DNA of 64,000 nt from Eledone cirrhosa (GCA_964016885.1 CAXHJY010000492.1:3171-67170); one strand, 5' to 3'; counted from the first letter of the stretch, positions 41,834 through 55,379 are shown. The notes: generated by a model from the letters alone, not told the origin. A program made the numbers and translations.

Positions 41834-42043
41834 TCATCTTGACTGGTTTGTGGTGACAGACTTTCGAAAGATATTAAAATGTTCAAGATATTGTTGTACT
41901 GTGTCTGATGGACTATATTCTGATGTTAACTTGTTCTTTAAAGTTGCTGGAGGATTGTCTAAAATATTACCCATTACACTTTGGATAAGTTCTTTCATTA
42001 AATTCCAACAATCATTTATTACAGCACATGGGTAGTATTCCAC
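41834..42043 (-). CDS. MED20: Mediator subunit 20, exon 4 (terminal)
   Basis: cag|VEYYPCAVINDCWNLMKELIQS...DTVQQYLEHFNIFRK..*; AATAAA on the minus strand at 41825-41830. Confidence 0.93.
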   Translation of the reverse strand: MEYYPCAVINDCWNLMKELIQSVMGNILDNPPATLKNKLTSEYSPSDTVQQYLEHFNIFRKSVTTNQSR

Positions 42044-42226
42044 CTGATCAAAAAAAAAGCAAATAATATTAATAACAATGAAAAGGGAAGTCGCTATAAA
42101 AACTGTAATTTATGTTAGAGTATTAGAAATATAAAAGTGTCAAACTGATAAAAAGTTTACTTATCCTCAAATAATAATACACACAATATGAAATACTGTG
42201 AACAACTTTAGTAATGACAGCATATA

Positions 42227-42391
42227 CCGTATTTCCCGGCATCAAAGATGCTACTTTTTTCCTAAGATAAATCTCAAAAATCTACCATGCGTCCTGGAGG
42301 CCGAAGGTTGTTTATTTTTTTTCAAATTTTTGGTTGTTGAAATTAGGGTGCGTCCTCGAGGATGAAGAGCCTTTGGCGCTGGGAAACACGG
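42227..42391. mobile_element. Tc1/pogo-type MITE
   Basis: ta|CCGTATTTCCCGGC at the left end and GCTGGGAAACACGG|ta at the right end. Confidence 0.75.
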
Positions 42392-44299
42392 TAAATTAAT
42401 TGGTCATACATATCCAGGTTACAACAACATCCAACACTCTATTGATAATAATATAGAAAGTTTAAAACCTTTCCATAACTATATTTTTAGAGGGAGTTGG
42501 GAAGATGCTTGGGGAAATTGGGGATGTAAGTATAGGGGTGGGATGATTACAGCAAGGGAGGTGTATGGGAGGTGAGATGGTCGGGGAAGGTGTTGCCTAC
42601 TAGTTATATGCCTCAGCTCAAGCATATGGGAGGATGGGTTTTCTGTAATACTTCATAGCGCCAGAGATCATGGTCCTGTGTCATCGCTGTGTGAGGTGTA
42701 ATTGTGTAAAGTCAGCTTTGATGATGATGATGAGAACTGCCTATGATTTCCAAATAATTTTGAAAATCCTTAAGAATTTGGATGGGTTTAGTAAAATAAC
42801 TTTTCCATTAGTCTTGTCTTTGGAAGATAACTTAAGAAAGGTTTTTACATAAAATTAAAATGGAAGATTTTAAGATAAATAGAAACATTTTAAAACAAAC
42901 AGTTTTGTATTGTAGAACCAGGGTTGATTTCAGTCAGTTTAGTAAGAAAAAAGTTAAAACTAGAACAAAAAAAGCTAGCAAATAATCCATCTAACTGCTG
43001 GTTATCTTGAAAACTCCTCTAAAATATTGGATAACAGACTATTGGGAAAACATGTCTACTAAAATCCCAAGAGAGAATTTCTTATCAACAAGATGATACT
43101 AGACGATGTTTAAGTATGAAGGAAGAATGTATCATATACTTGAACTGATTTTTAAAAGGTTGTTAACTCAATCTTGTATTTACAAAACTGCAAAAATTTG
43201 ATGACATCATATAAAACCTCTCCAAAATAATCACTAATTGCCAGAAAAAAATACAATGTAATTAGAATTCCCAAGAATTTCGTTCAAATCATATATCATT
43301 GGCAGTATCGGTAGAGGGTCGGACGCCATGTTTTGACGTATAGAGTTACGGCCCTTGCCATTCTGAGTTCAAATCCCACCGAGGTTAACTTTGCCTTTCA
43401 TCCTTACGGGGTCGATAAAATAAAGTACCAGTAATGCACTGGGTAATTGCTGGCCATGTGCAAAAAGTAGAAACAATTATATTAATGAAACATTGAATAA
43501 ATTCTGAATTTTAAATGTATGTTAGCTTTAGAGAAGCTGCTTCAACACAGGCTTTTTTAACGATGAAAAATAGTCAAACAAGAGACAGTAAAAGTGAACA
43601 GAGGCAATACTGCCTACTTTTTCCCTCACAAGGGGCGTATGTGCTCAATTTGTTTCAATATTTTTCATAATACTTCTACTGAAAGAGTTCAGATCAGGTC
43701 TCTCTATTTTGAGGATAGTTCCACCCGTCTTGAAGACCGTGGAAAACGTTATGAGCTCTGCCCTTCCCTCCCAGGCTAAAACAATTTTTTTTAATCTGAA
43801 CAACAATTATCATCATTTAATGTCCACTTCCTATGCTAGCATGGGTAAGACGGGCTGTCCCTTTGTGAGAGACCTGGTCAGAGGACCGTGTTTCGCTCAG
43901 GGCTGATTTTGGCTTGGATTCTATGGCTGGATGCCCTTCTTAATGCTAACCACATTTACAGTGTGTACTGGGTGCTTTTTGTTGCGACACCTACACAACC
44001 ACTTTATAGCATGGACTGGGCACATTTTGTTGTGTTGCCAAACTGTTATTAATACATTTTCAGTACAATACGGCTGGAATCTGATAACATGAAACATAAT
44101 AAATTGTAATACAAACTGTTAAAATTCAAATCAGTTTCAACAGCTGTACATCTCAAGAAGAGAAACTAACAAGAAACTACTCAGTATCCAAAGGCAACAG
44201 CAATATATATTTTAAAGCTACTTTTCCCTGCTATAGCAGGGTTAGCCTTGTGGGTCTGATAAAAGGCTTCATGTTCATCATGGGGTACATTTTAAAGCA

Positions 44300-44795
44300 G
44301 TGTTTTATGAGATAGTGTACCTCTTCTAAACCAAATACAAAAGGACGACTGTATGATGCTGTGCAATGCAGCATGGCAGTGAAATGTGGGCTGTGACTGC
44401 AGAGGACATGCGCAGACTGGAGAGAAATAAAGAAACCCAGCTTTGTTGGATGTGCAATGTAAATATGAAGGAAAGGCAGAGCTTGGATGAACTGAGAGTT
44501 TAAGAGGAATACGAAGTGGTGTGCTGGAGAGAAGACTGCGTTGATATGGACATATGATGTGCATGGAAGATGATCGCTGTGTGAAGTGCCAGGAAATCAG
44601 TGGAAGGAAATTACAGAAAAGGTAGACCAAAAAAGACCTGGGCAGAGTTGGTGAGAGCTGACTTCAAACTGCTGAGACTCACAGACGAGATAACGAAGGA
44701 ATATGGTAAGCGGAGAGATATTGTGCTGAAAAAGATCTGTCCAACCCATGCAAGTGTGGAAAAGTGGACGTAAAAACGATGATGATGATGATGAT
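44300..44795 (+). mobile_element. Old RTE LINE 3' fragment
   Basis: Degenerate match to the 47300-47744 region; ends GTGGACGTAAAACGA(TGA)n. Confidence 0.7.
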
Positions 44796-45069
44796 ACACA
44801 CCACTTTTAGTATCACATAGCAATTAAGAGTTTCTTATTGAAAAAAGTTTGCATAATCTATGGATAATACATTACCTCCTTAGACATAATGGTGAAAAAG
44901 GGATAATATTTTGTTTATTGATTAATAAAACAGTGATGATGATCCAAAGACAATTACTTAATGTGACTCTGTTTGAAATTTTATCATAAAGAAAAATGTT
45001 TAATTTGTTTGAAACAAAACATATCAATTAAAAGTTCAATATTTCTACAATAGCTTATCTATTTAGTAA

Positions 45070-48000
45070 CACATTCTACGAGACACTGATGCTCGCTACC
45101 TCCCAAATAACCGACAGTGACTATATAGTTATTGCAGGCGACCTAAATGGTCACGTTGGACAACATTGTGACGGCTATGACGGAATCCATGGAGGCTATG
45201 GGTTCGGTACTAGAAATGAGGAAGGCTCCAGAATCCTGCGACGCAAATAACTTAACTATCTGTAACACTAACTTCAAAAAACGAGACAATCACTTGATCA
45301 CCTATAGATCGGGGGAACACACAAGCCAGGTAGATTATATCCTTATCAGAAGACGTGACAGAGTGTCTGTTGTTAACACTAAATCCCTCCCCCATGAAGA
45401 ATTCACCTCCCAACATAGACTGATAATTAGCGACCTCATAGTCAGGACGAGACGTACTAGACAGCGGAAGAGGACTATCCTCAGGAGAAAAATATGGAAG
45501 CTAAAGGACCCCATAGCCAGAAATAAATTTCAAAGCATATTACTTGACGCTTTCGACAGTAAGGAAAAGCAACTAGAGTCGTATAATATAGAGGAACAGT
45601 GGGAATTCCTGAGAGCAAACCTGCTGACGGCGGCAGACGAAGTCTGTGGCTGGAGCAGGCCTGTAGGTAGGAGGAAAGTAACATGGTGGTGGAACAGTAA
45701 GGTGGAGGAGTCAATTAAGGCCAAAAAGCAGGCTTGGAAAGCATGGCGGGATGGGGGAAGTAGAGAAGACTATCAAGTGGCCAGGAGGGAAGCTAGGAGA
45801 CAAGTGTACTTCGCAAGAAGAGAAGCAGAGGAAAGAAAGTTCAAGCATGTTCTACAACGTGAGGACCAAAAACGTGAGGTGTTCAGGATTGCCAGGCAAT
45901 GTGTCAAGGAAAACCGTGATATTGTCGGGGAGAAGTGTGTACTTAACGATGATGGCATACTTGCCATCACCGACGCTGATAAGAAGGTAGCTTGGAAGTG
46001 TCACTACGAAAGGCTTCTAAATGAGGAGAACAAATGGGAGAAAGACAGTCTCCCCCACATCGACCCAATAGAGGGACCAGCAGTGTTAGTCCAGGGTAGT
46101 ACAATAAGCAAGGCAATCAAAGATATGAAGACGGGTAAGGCGGCTGGTCCTTCGGAAATAGTTGCTGAGATGCTGAAGGCATCTGGTTCGGTGGGACACA
46201 CCATGGTCACCCGGATAGTTAACCAAGTCGTACAGAATGGGGTTGTTCTGAAGGACTGGCGTAGCAGCATCATCGTTAACTGCTATAAGGGAAAAGGAGA
46301 TGCCCTAGATAGGAGTAACTATAGAGGCATTAAATTAATCGACCAGGTCATGAAGGTCACGGAAAAAGTAATAGCGCAACTAATCAGAGAGAGAATTGAT
46401 CTAGATGAAATGCAGTTCGGGTTTGTGTCAGGCAAAAGTACCACAGACGCTCTTTTCATTGTACGACAACTACAGGAGAAGTACCTAGCTAAAAGTAAAC
46501 CCCTATACTTAGCTTTCGTCGACTTGGAGAAAGCCTTCGACAGAGTCCCCCGTTCCATTATCTGGTGGTCTCTTAGAAAACTAGGTGTTGACGAATGGCT
46601 TGTGAGAGCTATACAAGCCATGTATAAAGAAACAGTCAGTAAGGTTAGAATTAACAACGAATATAGTGAAGAGTTTAGCGTAAAAGTTGGTGTCCATCAG
46701 GGCTCTGTTCTTAGCCCCCTACTATTTATTATTGCCCTTCAGGCTATAACAGAGGAGTTCAAGACCAGCTGCCCATGGGAACTCCTATACGCAGATGATC
46801 TAACGCTCATAGCTGAATCAATGACCGAACTAGAGAAGAAATTCCAAACATGGAAGCACGGCCTAGAATCAAAAGGCCTTAAAATTAACCTGGCTAAGAC
46901 TAAAGTTCTAGTTTGTAGGAAAGAAAATAAGGCGGCAGTCCCATCTGGGAAATGGCCATGCTCAGTGTGTAGGAAAGGCGTAGGTAGAAACTCCATTTTA
47001 TGTCCCAAATGCAAAGTATGGGTGCATAAAAGATGTAGTGGGATCACAGGTAAGCTAACTAAGAACATAGATTTTACATGTGGCCGGTGCTCTGGTGCAA
47101 TAAGTAGCAGCAAGTGCCCACAAAATACTAGCTCCTTCAACTGCGCAGAGGGTTCTATAGAAATAGTGGACAGCTTCCGTTACCTGGGTGACAAAATCAG
47201 CAGTGGGGGAGGGTGCTCTGAAAGTACAGTAGCTAGAGTCAGAACTGGATGGAAAAAGTTCAGAGAGCTTATACCACTATTAGCCGCTAGAGGGTTCTCC
47301 CTAAAAATGAAAGGCAGGTTATACGATGCCTGCATACGAACAGCAATGCTGCATGGCAGTGAGACCTGGGCATTGTGTGCAGAGGATATACGCAGACTAG
47401 AGAGGAACGAAGCTTGCATACTCCGCTGGATGTGCAATAGTAATATACGTGAACGGCAAAGCATAAACGAACTAAGGAAAAAATTAGAAATAAGAGGGAT
47501 CAGATGTTGTTTACTCGAGAGAAGGCTACGTTGGTACGGTCACGTGATGCGCATGAAAGACAACAGCTGTATAACAAAGTGCAGGGCAATAAAGATAGAC
47601 GGTAGCCACGGAGTAGGCAGACCCAGAAAAACATGGGACGAGCTGATAAATTCCGACCTCACACGCTTACACCTCTCCAAGACAATGTCACTGGACCGAG
47701 ACCTTTGGCGGTACTCAGTAATAGAGAAGACCCGCCTTACCTAAATACAAAGTAAAAACCTACTACAGTCAGTAGGCATCTCTATCAAAACACCCCCCGT
47801 CCCACCAACTCCACCCCATCCACACCGCCCCTTTCAATGTAAAGTTATGTTGGTCCCACAACATCCAGGCCGAAACAAATGAGATCGTGTAGGTGTCACG
47901 ACAAAAAAACACACAGTCCACGCTGTAAATGTGGCCGTGTAGGCAACACGGTAAAAACCTCCCAGCCCCACACTGTAAATGTGGTTGGTGTTAGGAAGGG

Positions 48001-48365
48001 CATCCAGCTGTAGAAAACCCGCCAGACAGTCCACGCTGTAATGTGGCCGTGTAGGCAACACGGTAAAAACCTCCCAGCCCCACACTGTAAATGTGGTTGG
48101 TGTTAGGAAGGGCATCCAGCTGTAGAAAACCCGCCAGACAGTCCACGCTGTAATGTGGCCGTGTAGGCAACACGGTAAAAACCTCCCAGCCCCACACTGT
48201 AAATGTGGTTGGTGTTAGGAAGGGCATCCAACTGTAGAAAACCCGCCAGACAGTCCTATGCGAGCAAGACAACCACTCTTGCCTCAAGTGGGAAAACCCC
48301 CGTCCAAACCCATGCAAGCGTGGAACACGGACGCTAAAGCTGATGATGATGATGATGATGATGAT
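45070..48365 (+). mobile_element. RTE-clade LINE, 5'-truncated within the endonuclease, antisense in MED20 intron 3
   Basis: IAGDLNGHVG..GFGTRNEEG lies in another frame before about 45238. Then QVDYIL, SQHRL, NYRGIKL, FVDLEKAFDRV, GVHQGSVLSP, LLYADD, HGSETW, GRPRKTW; (TGA)n tail. Confidence 0.95.
47914..48250 (+). repeat. Three tandem 112-113-bp units in the RTE 3' UTR
   Basis: CAGTCCACGCTGTAA starts at 47914, 48027 and 48139. Confidence 0.92.
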
Positions 48366-48591
48366 TTGTTGACATAAATTAATGATAAAACAATAAACCA
48401 AGCTAGAAACAGTTCTGTATAAGCAAGACACGGTCACTGGATCTGACTTGTCTCACAATGGGACAACTTCACTAACCCATGCTAGCATGGAAAATGAATG
48501 ATGATGATCAATTACCTGAACAAGGATAGATTAATGATAAAATAATCGATTGCCTCAACAAGGAAAGATTAATGAGAAAATGATCAATTAC

Positions 48592-48842
48592 CTCAACAAG
48601 GATACCTTTAACACTTGACGCCATTAGTACAGTCCCAATCTTGATGAGAAAATCTCCATATTCATATCTTTGGCCTTTAGATTCAATTTTAGATCCTTTC
48701 TTTAGTTGATAGAATCCTTTCAATCGTTGCATGAGCACATCAAACTGACTGTCAGCCACTAAACAATTGCCTGTGTCTAGAACGGCAAAACAAGTGGCGG
48801 GTTGTTCACTGTTATGTAATATATGAATCAAACGCTGAGTAG
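48592..48842 (-). CDS. MED20: Mediator subunit 20, exon 3
   Basis: cag|TTQRLIHILHNSEQPATCFAVLD...KIESKGQRYEYGDFLIKIGTV...GILVE|gtaatt; 251 nt. Confidence 0.95.
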
Positions 48843-50751
48843 CTGGAAAACAGAATTAATAATGTAATGAGAGTGTAAGATCAGGTCAATAAAGTTTATA
48901 TAAAAGCTTCAAGCATGTTCTTAAAAAATACAATCAACTGGACAAATCTGTTTATTACTGTTCTGCCTTTTCTATATCTATGCTAATATAGAAATGAAAA
49001 ATTATCATTCACATATTTACTGTAGAACCTCACAGTATGAGAAATTTGCTGTACGAGCCAAGGCTTGTGCGGATTTTTGTCTTGTAGTATGAGTGGAAAT
49101 CTGCAGTACAAGTGAGTTTCATACAATTAATAAAACCAGTTTATATATTTCTTTTCCATTCTCTTTTATTATGTTTTTATACATGTCATTTTCCTTTTAA
49201 CTGCAGCTTTTCTGTTTTAAAACACATAAAAAATGATTTTGTGGTGGTTTGGGGGGGGGGGGGGGGGGGGCTGGAATGGAATGTTTATATTTTAATTAAT
49301 TTCAATGAGAAAATCGTAAAACGGGCTCAGTCATGGAATGAATTAAACTCGTACTGCAAGGTATCACTGTAATTGAAAAGTCTCAAATGTTACTTAACAT
49401 GCTTTCAACTGTTTCGTTCATCTTATCATAAAAATATTTTGGGGTTTTGTCAACATTCAGACTAAAGAAAATAAACCATTACACTGGCAATATTTAATTT
49501 TTTTTTCTTTTTATTATTGCAGGTCTCTAAGATAATTGAAATTTATGTGGTTAATGGTAAATTTGAATTTCTATGGGTTGATGCATGTAAGAAAAACATG
49601 GTCAGTTATGTGAAGAAAAAATTAAATAATTTTTTCAGGGTAAGACACAATAAAGTTGAAGAGAAACAGGTACATTAGGTGTGCTAGGTGAAGAGGTGAG
49701 TCTGTGCTTATAGTGTGTTGGTGAGTTAATCTTTACAAATCAAATGAATAGTTTCCTTCGATATGGTTTTAAGATATTTGTGTGTGTAGCCAAAATTCTT
49801 TTAAAGTAGCAAGTAAATTAAATAAATGTGTATGTATGTGTGTAAGATCAGTTGTAATTTACTTAGTTGATGATTTAATATAATATTCAATAGGTTTCTT
49901 ACCTATAAAAATTAAAATGTTAAAATAACAAATAGCATAAATTTTTTTTAAATAGCATTATGAACTCCTAAAACGTAGTGTAATCTGCTATAAATAGCAT
50001 TCTGGCAACCCTATTTAACCTACCTTCTAACCTACTTTAGCCTATATCCTAAATTTATCACTCTAACCTGATATTCAGATTGACCAAGAGTTACCTATCT
50101 TTACACAACAAATTTCGAAAAAGAATAATCAAAATTAAACACTGTAGAGAACAGCTGGGAGTGTACAAGCAAGAGTTAGCCTTGTGGACCTCATGACAAA
50201 CTTCTCTACTCTTCCTTATCGTCCCTCACCAACTCCCTGGCTCTCATTTCCCCCTCTATTATTTTTAACCATGCCTTTCTTGGTATTCCTCTTCCTCTAC
50301 TTCCTTCCACATTCATTTCTAACACTTCTCTCACCAAGTCAGTTTCATCCTTTATCAACAACCTTTCATAACATTGCTGATTAGCTACACCAAACTAAAA
50401 CACTACTTTTCAAATACCAACCCATACTTTCCTTCACCATCAGCTAAAATCTTTCTCATAAACAACTGAAATTTAAAGAGACAAAGGTTAAGCCTTTACA
50501 TAGTTGTTCGACCTACTAGAAATAGCTGCTGTATCTCCCTCAAATCACATCATGGTGTCTTAAAATAGAAAGGATAAATTTGTATCCATAATAATACACT
50601 CCTGGACACATTATACATTTAAGCAATAGCAGGATGATTATGACTTAAATGCACATGATCATACATCTGCTCAATCAACAAACTATTTCACATAACTTTC
50701 CTACAATATAAAGATACTGAATTGATGAAATAATGCAATAATGTAACTTAC

Positions 50752-50897
50752 TTGTATTAGGAATATTGGACTGATATGTTTCACAATCAACATAGAAGTT
50801 GCCAGCTTTAACAGCACCCAACAACTCTACCTGCTTTTGTAGACTATCAACTATTTGTTGAGCACTCTTGCCTTCAGGGACAGGATAGGAAAATACA
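50752..50897 (-). CDS. MED20: Mediator subunit 20, exon 2
   Basis: tag|[48 protein letters not shown]|gtaagt; 146 nt. Confidence 0.95.
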
Positions 50898-51069
50898 CTA
50901 AAAATAATAATAGAATTGAGTTTCACTTTAGTTTTATTATTAGTTAGGTAACTAATCCATTCCTTGGTTGGATTAGTAACTGAATATTTATTTAATTATC
51001 ATATTTGTCAAACTCTTTCATCACACATTCTGTTACCTTCTCTGAATGTGTGAAAAAAGGGCTTTGACA

Positions 51070-53220
51070 ATCAAATCATCATTGTCACCATTTTACGTTC
51101 ATTTTGCCAAGCTTGCATGGATTGGACAGGTCATTTTCAGTAAAGCATCCCTCCACTCGTCAGATTCCTTCATCTCCTCTGTGGGCTTCAGCAATTTGAG
51201 ATCACAACACACCACCTCCCCCCAGGTTTTCTTTTACTGCAGTTTCCTTCCACAAGTATTTCTTAGCACTTCTTTACCCAGAGATCATCATCCATATGCA
51301 TCACACACCAGCACAGTCTTCTTTCTTGCACACTACATCTGAATCCTCTTATACCTAGTTTTTCTCTCAGTTCATCCAAGCTTTGTCATTCATGCATATT
51401 AACATTGTCTTCACATATCCTCTACTTTGACTTCCTATGTCTCTCATCACACACAGGTGTCATACAAGAGCCTTTTGTTGTCAACAGGGGTAGTAGCTCC
51501 CTGAACCTTTTCCATCCTGTTCTTATTCTAGCTAATGTGCACTCAGAGCAACCTTCTGTAGTTAATTAGATCACAATAGGTAGCAGAAGCTCTCAACTAC
51601 TTCTATGGATCCTTCCTGGGATTGGAAAAGATTTATTTTGCTGTACAACTAGTAAATACAAAGTCTTCCTTTTCTGTAGTACTCTTCTCTGGCACAAAAC
51701 CAAGCTGTATCTTATCTAATTTTACTCTTTTCCTATATAGTTGTGCTAGAATTCTTTCTGTCACTTTCATAACTTGGTCTATCAGTTTTATGCCTCTGTA
51801 GTTGCTCCTTTATAGAGTACTAGCAGTAAAGCCCGGCGTTGCTCGGGGTCCCTCAGTAGCTGTGTTAAAGTTACAATGTTAAGTTTCTTTCTTGGCTTAA
51901 AAACTGTAGTGTCTACTGTGCAGACTTGCATGTGATGTTTTTGATTAATATTCCCTCAACCAACAATATGCCTTATGAAGTTAAGAAAACATAACGATAA
52001 CCCGAATGTTATAACAAAAGTGGATGCTGGGGATAGAAACTGCACTGGTTATTTATTAACAAAGATCGAAAATGTAAACACTGCAACGCAGAGAAAAACA
52101 TTAGCGTAACCAAATTATCAGTTATGTCTGTCTGCACGCCTATATCACCTCTCTGCACGACTGTCTGTCTGCACGCCTATATCACCTCTCTGCACGACTG
52201 TCTGTCTGCACGCCTATATCACCTCTCTGCACGAATGTCTGTCTGCACGACTGTCTGTCTGCACGCCTAACGACGAAATATTTGCTTGTTTTACGTAGTC
52301 TTTAAATAGACTTGTTTTCAAGTAAAAATATTGTTTTAAAATGCTTTTAAATGGAAATGAAGCAAAACGGAAGCTTAGTGTTCGAACTGATGAATTTTGC
52401 AGGTCAATATTTTGCTGGCTCGACAACTGTTAAAGCCAGCGTAATTTTTTACGTAAGACACTCAATGTAAACAGAACAAAGGGAAATAACTGATAACTTA
52501 CGCTCAAAAATCGATACATTATATTCGATTTCGTCACATAGGGTGGGTCAATTTGAAATTTTTTTTTTTCCGATGTCTTCGCTAGGGCTCAATGTACAAG
52601 TATAGCAATTTCGGTGCAATTCCGTGAGAGATTCTAAGAGGAGATGTGTGCCAAAAATCGATAGACAGACAGACAACCACAGTTTTATATATATAGATTA
52701 CCTTGTAGCAATTATTGAGTATACAGCTGCACCAGTCATTTGATATGACTCCATCCTGTATTACCTGATTGACTAGTTCGGTTCCTACTTCCCCAGACAA
52801 TTTTAGCATCTCAGCAACTGTTTTGAAAGTTCAGCGACTTTCCCATTTTTTATCTCTTTGATTACTTCTTTAATTCTATAACTACTAATTTAGATAGCTG
52901 GTCTCTCTCTTGGGTTGGCTAGGGATAGTTTCCCTTCCTCCTATTCATCAGCCTCTCATAGTAACATTTCCAGTCCTCTTTCATTTGAACATCAGTGATG
53001 CTAAGTACAATGGTGTCATTTTGAACACACTTTTCTCCAACAACCTGTTTCACAATGACACATTGCTATGTGATGCGGAAGATCCCACGTATTTTATCCT
53101 CATTTTACAGAACATAGGTAAACCTGTTTTCAACCTCTTCATCTATCTTCTCTTTTAGTTACCTAGTATTCATCTTTGCTACCCCCATTTTTCCCATCTT
53201 TCCACATATCTCTTGGCTTT
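51070..53220 (-). mobile_element. Old, deleted RTE LINE interrupted by a Helitron
   Basis: Minus-strand remnants (EMLKLSGEVG, NNCYK, NYRGIKLIDQVMKVTE) continue across the 51820-52697 insertion. Confidence 0.75.
51820..52697 (-). mobile_element. Non-autonomous Helitron
   Basis: Minus strand reads A|TCTATATATATAAAA...CCCGAGCAACGCCGGG (hairpin)-CTTTACTG-CTAG|T: TC/CTAG ends, an AT target, no TSD. Internal tandem repeat of about 37 bp at 52125-52268. Confidence 0.88.
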
Positions 53221-53907
53221 AACAGCTTTGTCCTCAGTAGCTTTCGAATCATTTATGCTTTCAGTGTTCTACTTCATTACACTGAAGTAAAGCAATAAGC
53301 TATAGCTAATTATAATTGCAGTAACGAGTAAGAAAACGTCACTGATGATTGATAAAAAAAATCCTGAAACACTAGTGTCCGTCATTCTCATATAGCTACT
53401 GAGATAACTGTGAAATTATCACAGATTAAAATAGTCATAGCGAGACGCATGTTTTTTTTATATACATAAACTATCATATACACCTTTATTATGAATCACG
53501 CTGTTAGTGCTGCTGCTTGTGTATAAATGTGTGTGTACAACGACTAAACAGCAAAAATAAATTACTTCCGGCATAGAAACTGCCGAAATCATTGTTTACA
53601 TGATGTAGACCTAAGACGAAGGCTCACCCCCATCAATTTCTTCAATGTGATTTAACTTCATTATGCGAACCATTGTGAAACAATTAAAATAATATTAACT
53701 TTATTTCGATATTGTTTGTAAACAAAAATAAAAAAAATGCACGTGCAGACAAACAAATGAACAATGCGTACTACTAACTAAACAGAATATGTATTTTGCA
53801 CGAGTTTGATTCGTAAAATATTCAGGATCCAAGATCAAAATATAATAAAATGCCTTATATAAATTTTAGCAATTAAAATTAAAACTTAGAGAATAGATAC
53901 CACTTAC

Positions 53908-53921
53908 CAAACAACTCCCAT
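53908..53921 (-). CDS. MED20: Mediator subunit 20, exon 1 (14 coding nt)
   Basis: ATG GGA GTT GTT TG|gtaagt gives MGVVC, like human MGVTC; the phase fits exon 2; total CDS 621 nt. Confidence 0.88.
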
Positions 53922-54558
53922 AATTCGTATATCTTGTTTAAAAACGTGTAAAATAGTCAGTTCAAACTTTGAAGATCATTAAAATATTTTCGATGAAATG
54001 TAATTTTAGATAATGTTTACATCAATATTCGATCAATTAGATTAGATCGATACGAAGATAAACATTTAAATATGTACAACAGTTTAAAATAAAAGTGCTA
54101 CTTCAAACATATTTTGTTATTTTACATGAGTTATATTTTCCTTGGTTTTAAATTTAAATTAGAAAAAATTGAGACCGCATCTAAAAACTAATCTTACTCC
54201 TATACTAGTACCAAAACATTTAATAACCTTCAAACATTAACGTTTTAAGATAAAATTGTTTTTTTACTGCTACACATGTTTATTGTCAATGTAAATTCAG
54301 CATAAAATATACCCAAATTATTATTTTTATTTTTGTTGAAGAATAGTAATTAGATACAAATTTGTTTTTAAATTATTCATCATATAATATTAAGAATAAT
54401 ATTGAGAAAATTTCTTCTTAAATTTACTAAATTAATTTTAAAAGTCTCCGGCAGAAAATACCCTATATAATGCGCATGTACAATTCTTGTAGTGACGGCG
54501 TGCATTTCACTGACTGTAAATTTCCTGTATAATTTTTATCCATATATAAAAATAAACC
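53922..54558. promoter_or_regulatory. Probable bidirectional promoter shared by MED20 and SNRPF
   Basis: Divergent ATGs separated by 637 bp; no recognisable repeats; NRF1-like TGCGCATGTACA at 54471; YY1-like CCATGGCGGC over the SNRPF start. Confidence 0.7.
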
Positions 54559-54567
54559 ATGGCGGCT
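54559..54567 (+). CDS. SNRPF: SmF exon 1 (MAA)
   Basis: ACC ATG GCG GCT|gtaagt; good Kozak context; phase 0 fits exon 2. Confidence 0.75.
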
Positions 54568-55379
54568 GTAAGTAAATGTTTTTATATAATTTTAAAAATT
54601 GATCTTTAAAGCTGCTACTTTGTAGCAAGTTTTATGTATCTTAAATAATGAAGCATTTGTTTTTGTCGGTTAATTCAAGCCTTCCTCGGAAGGCATTCTT
54701 TGTTCATCTTATTGCTTAAACATTGTTTTTGTCGTAATGTATCATTTTTATAGTTGATATTAATTATATTCACAATATTTGGCGCGTGTTCGTTTTTACC
54801 CCGCATTTCAAATTGAAATAAATGTTACCTTAACGCAACTCTAACCAGCTTATTACAGGTACAACATAGATTTTCCGGTAACTGGTGGTCCGGCACCTCG
54901 TTTTATCCGGATATAATTATGAGAAGACACTTAAATTTCCCGCGACCTACTACACTTTAAATTCATGTTAGGGGGTTACCGCATGGCATTAGATTTAATT
55001 TTTATATATATGCGTCATTATATTATAGTTGAGGAAATCCCGCCGAGGTTAACTTTGCCTTTCATCCTTACGGGGTCGATAAAATAAAGTACCATTAATA
55101 CACTGAATAATTGCTGGCCTTGTGCCAAAAGTAGAAACAATTATTTACTTAGGGCGGGGATTGGCAGTATCGGTGGAGCGCCTGACAACATGTAGAAACA
55201 ATTGTGCAAAAAGTAGAAACAATTATATTATAGTTGAGGAATAAAGGATTGTATTTCCGTTTTCATAATATGTTTCTAGTAAAAAAAAAAAAAAATGGAG
55301 GGAAGAAAAACCAAAAGCGAAAACGGTCATCAATTCACCACCAAGTGCGATAATCGGCACATCACAAGGGTCAACTAAA

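Noticed and set aside
45147-45238. N-terminus of the 865-aa RTE ORF as a genuine start
   Set aside because: The endonuclease motifs (GDLNGHVG) are in another frame; the ATG is a by-product of a frameshift.
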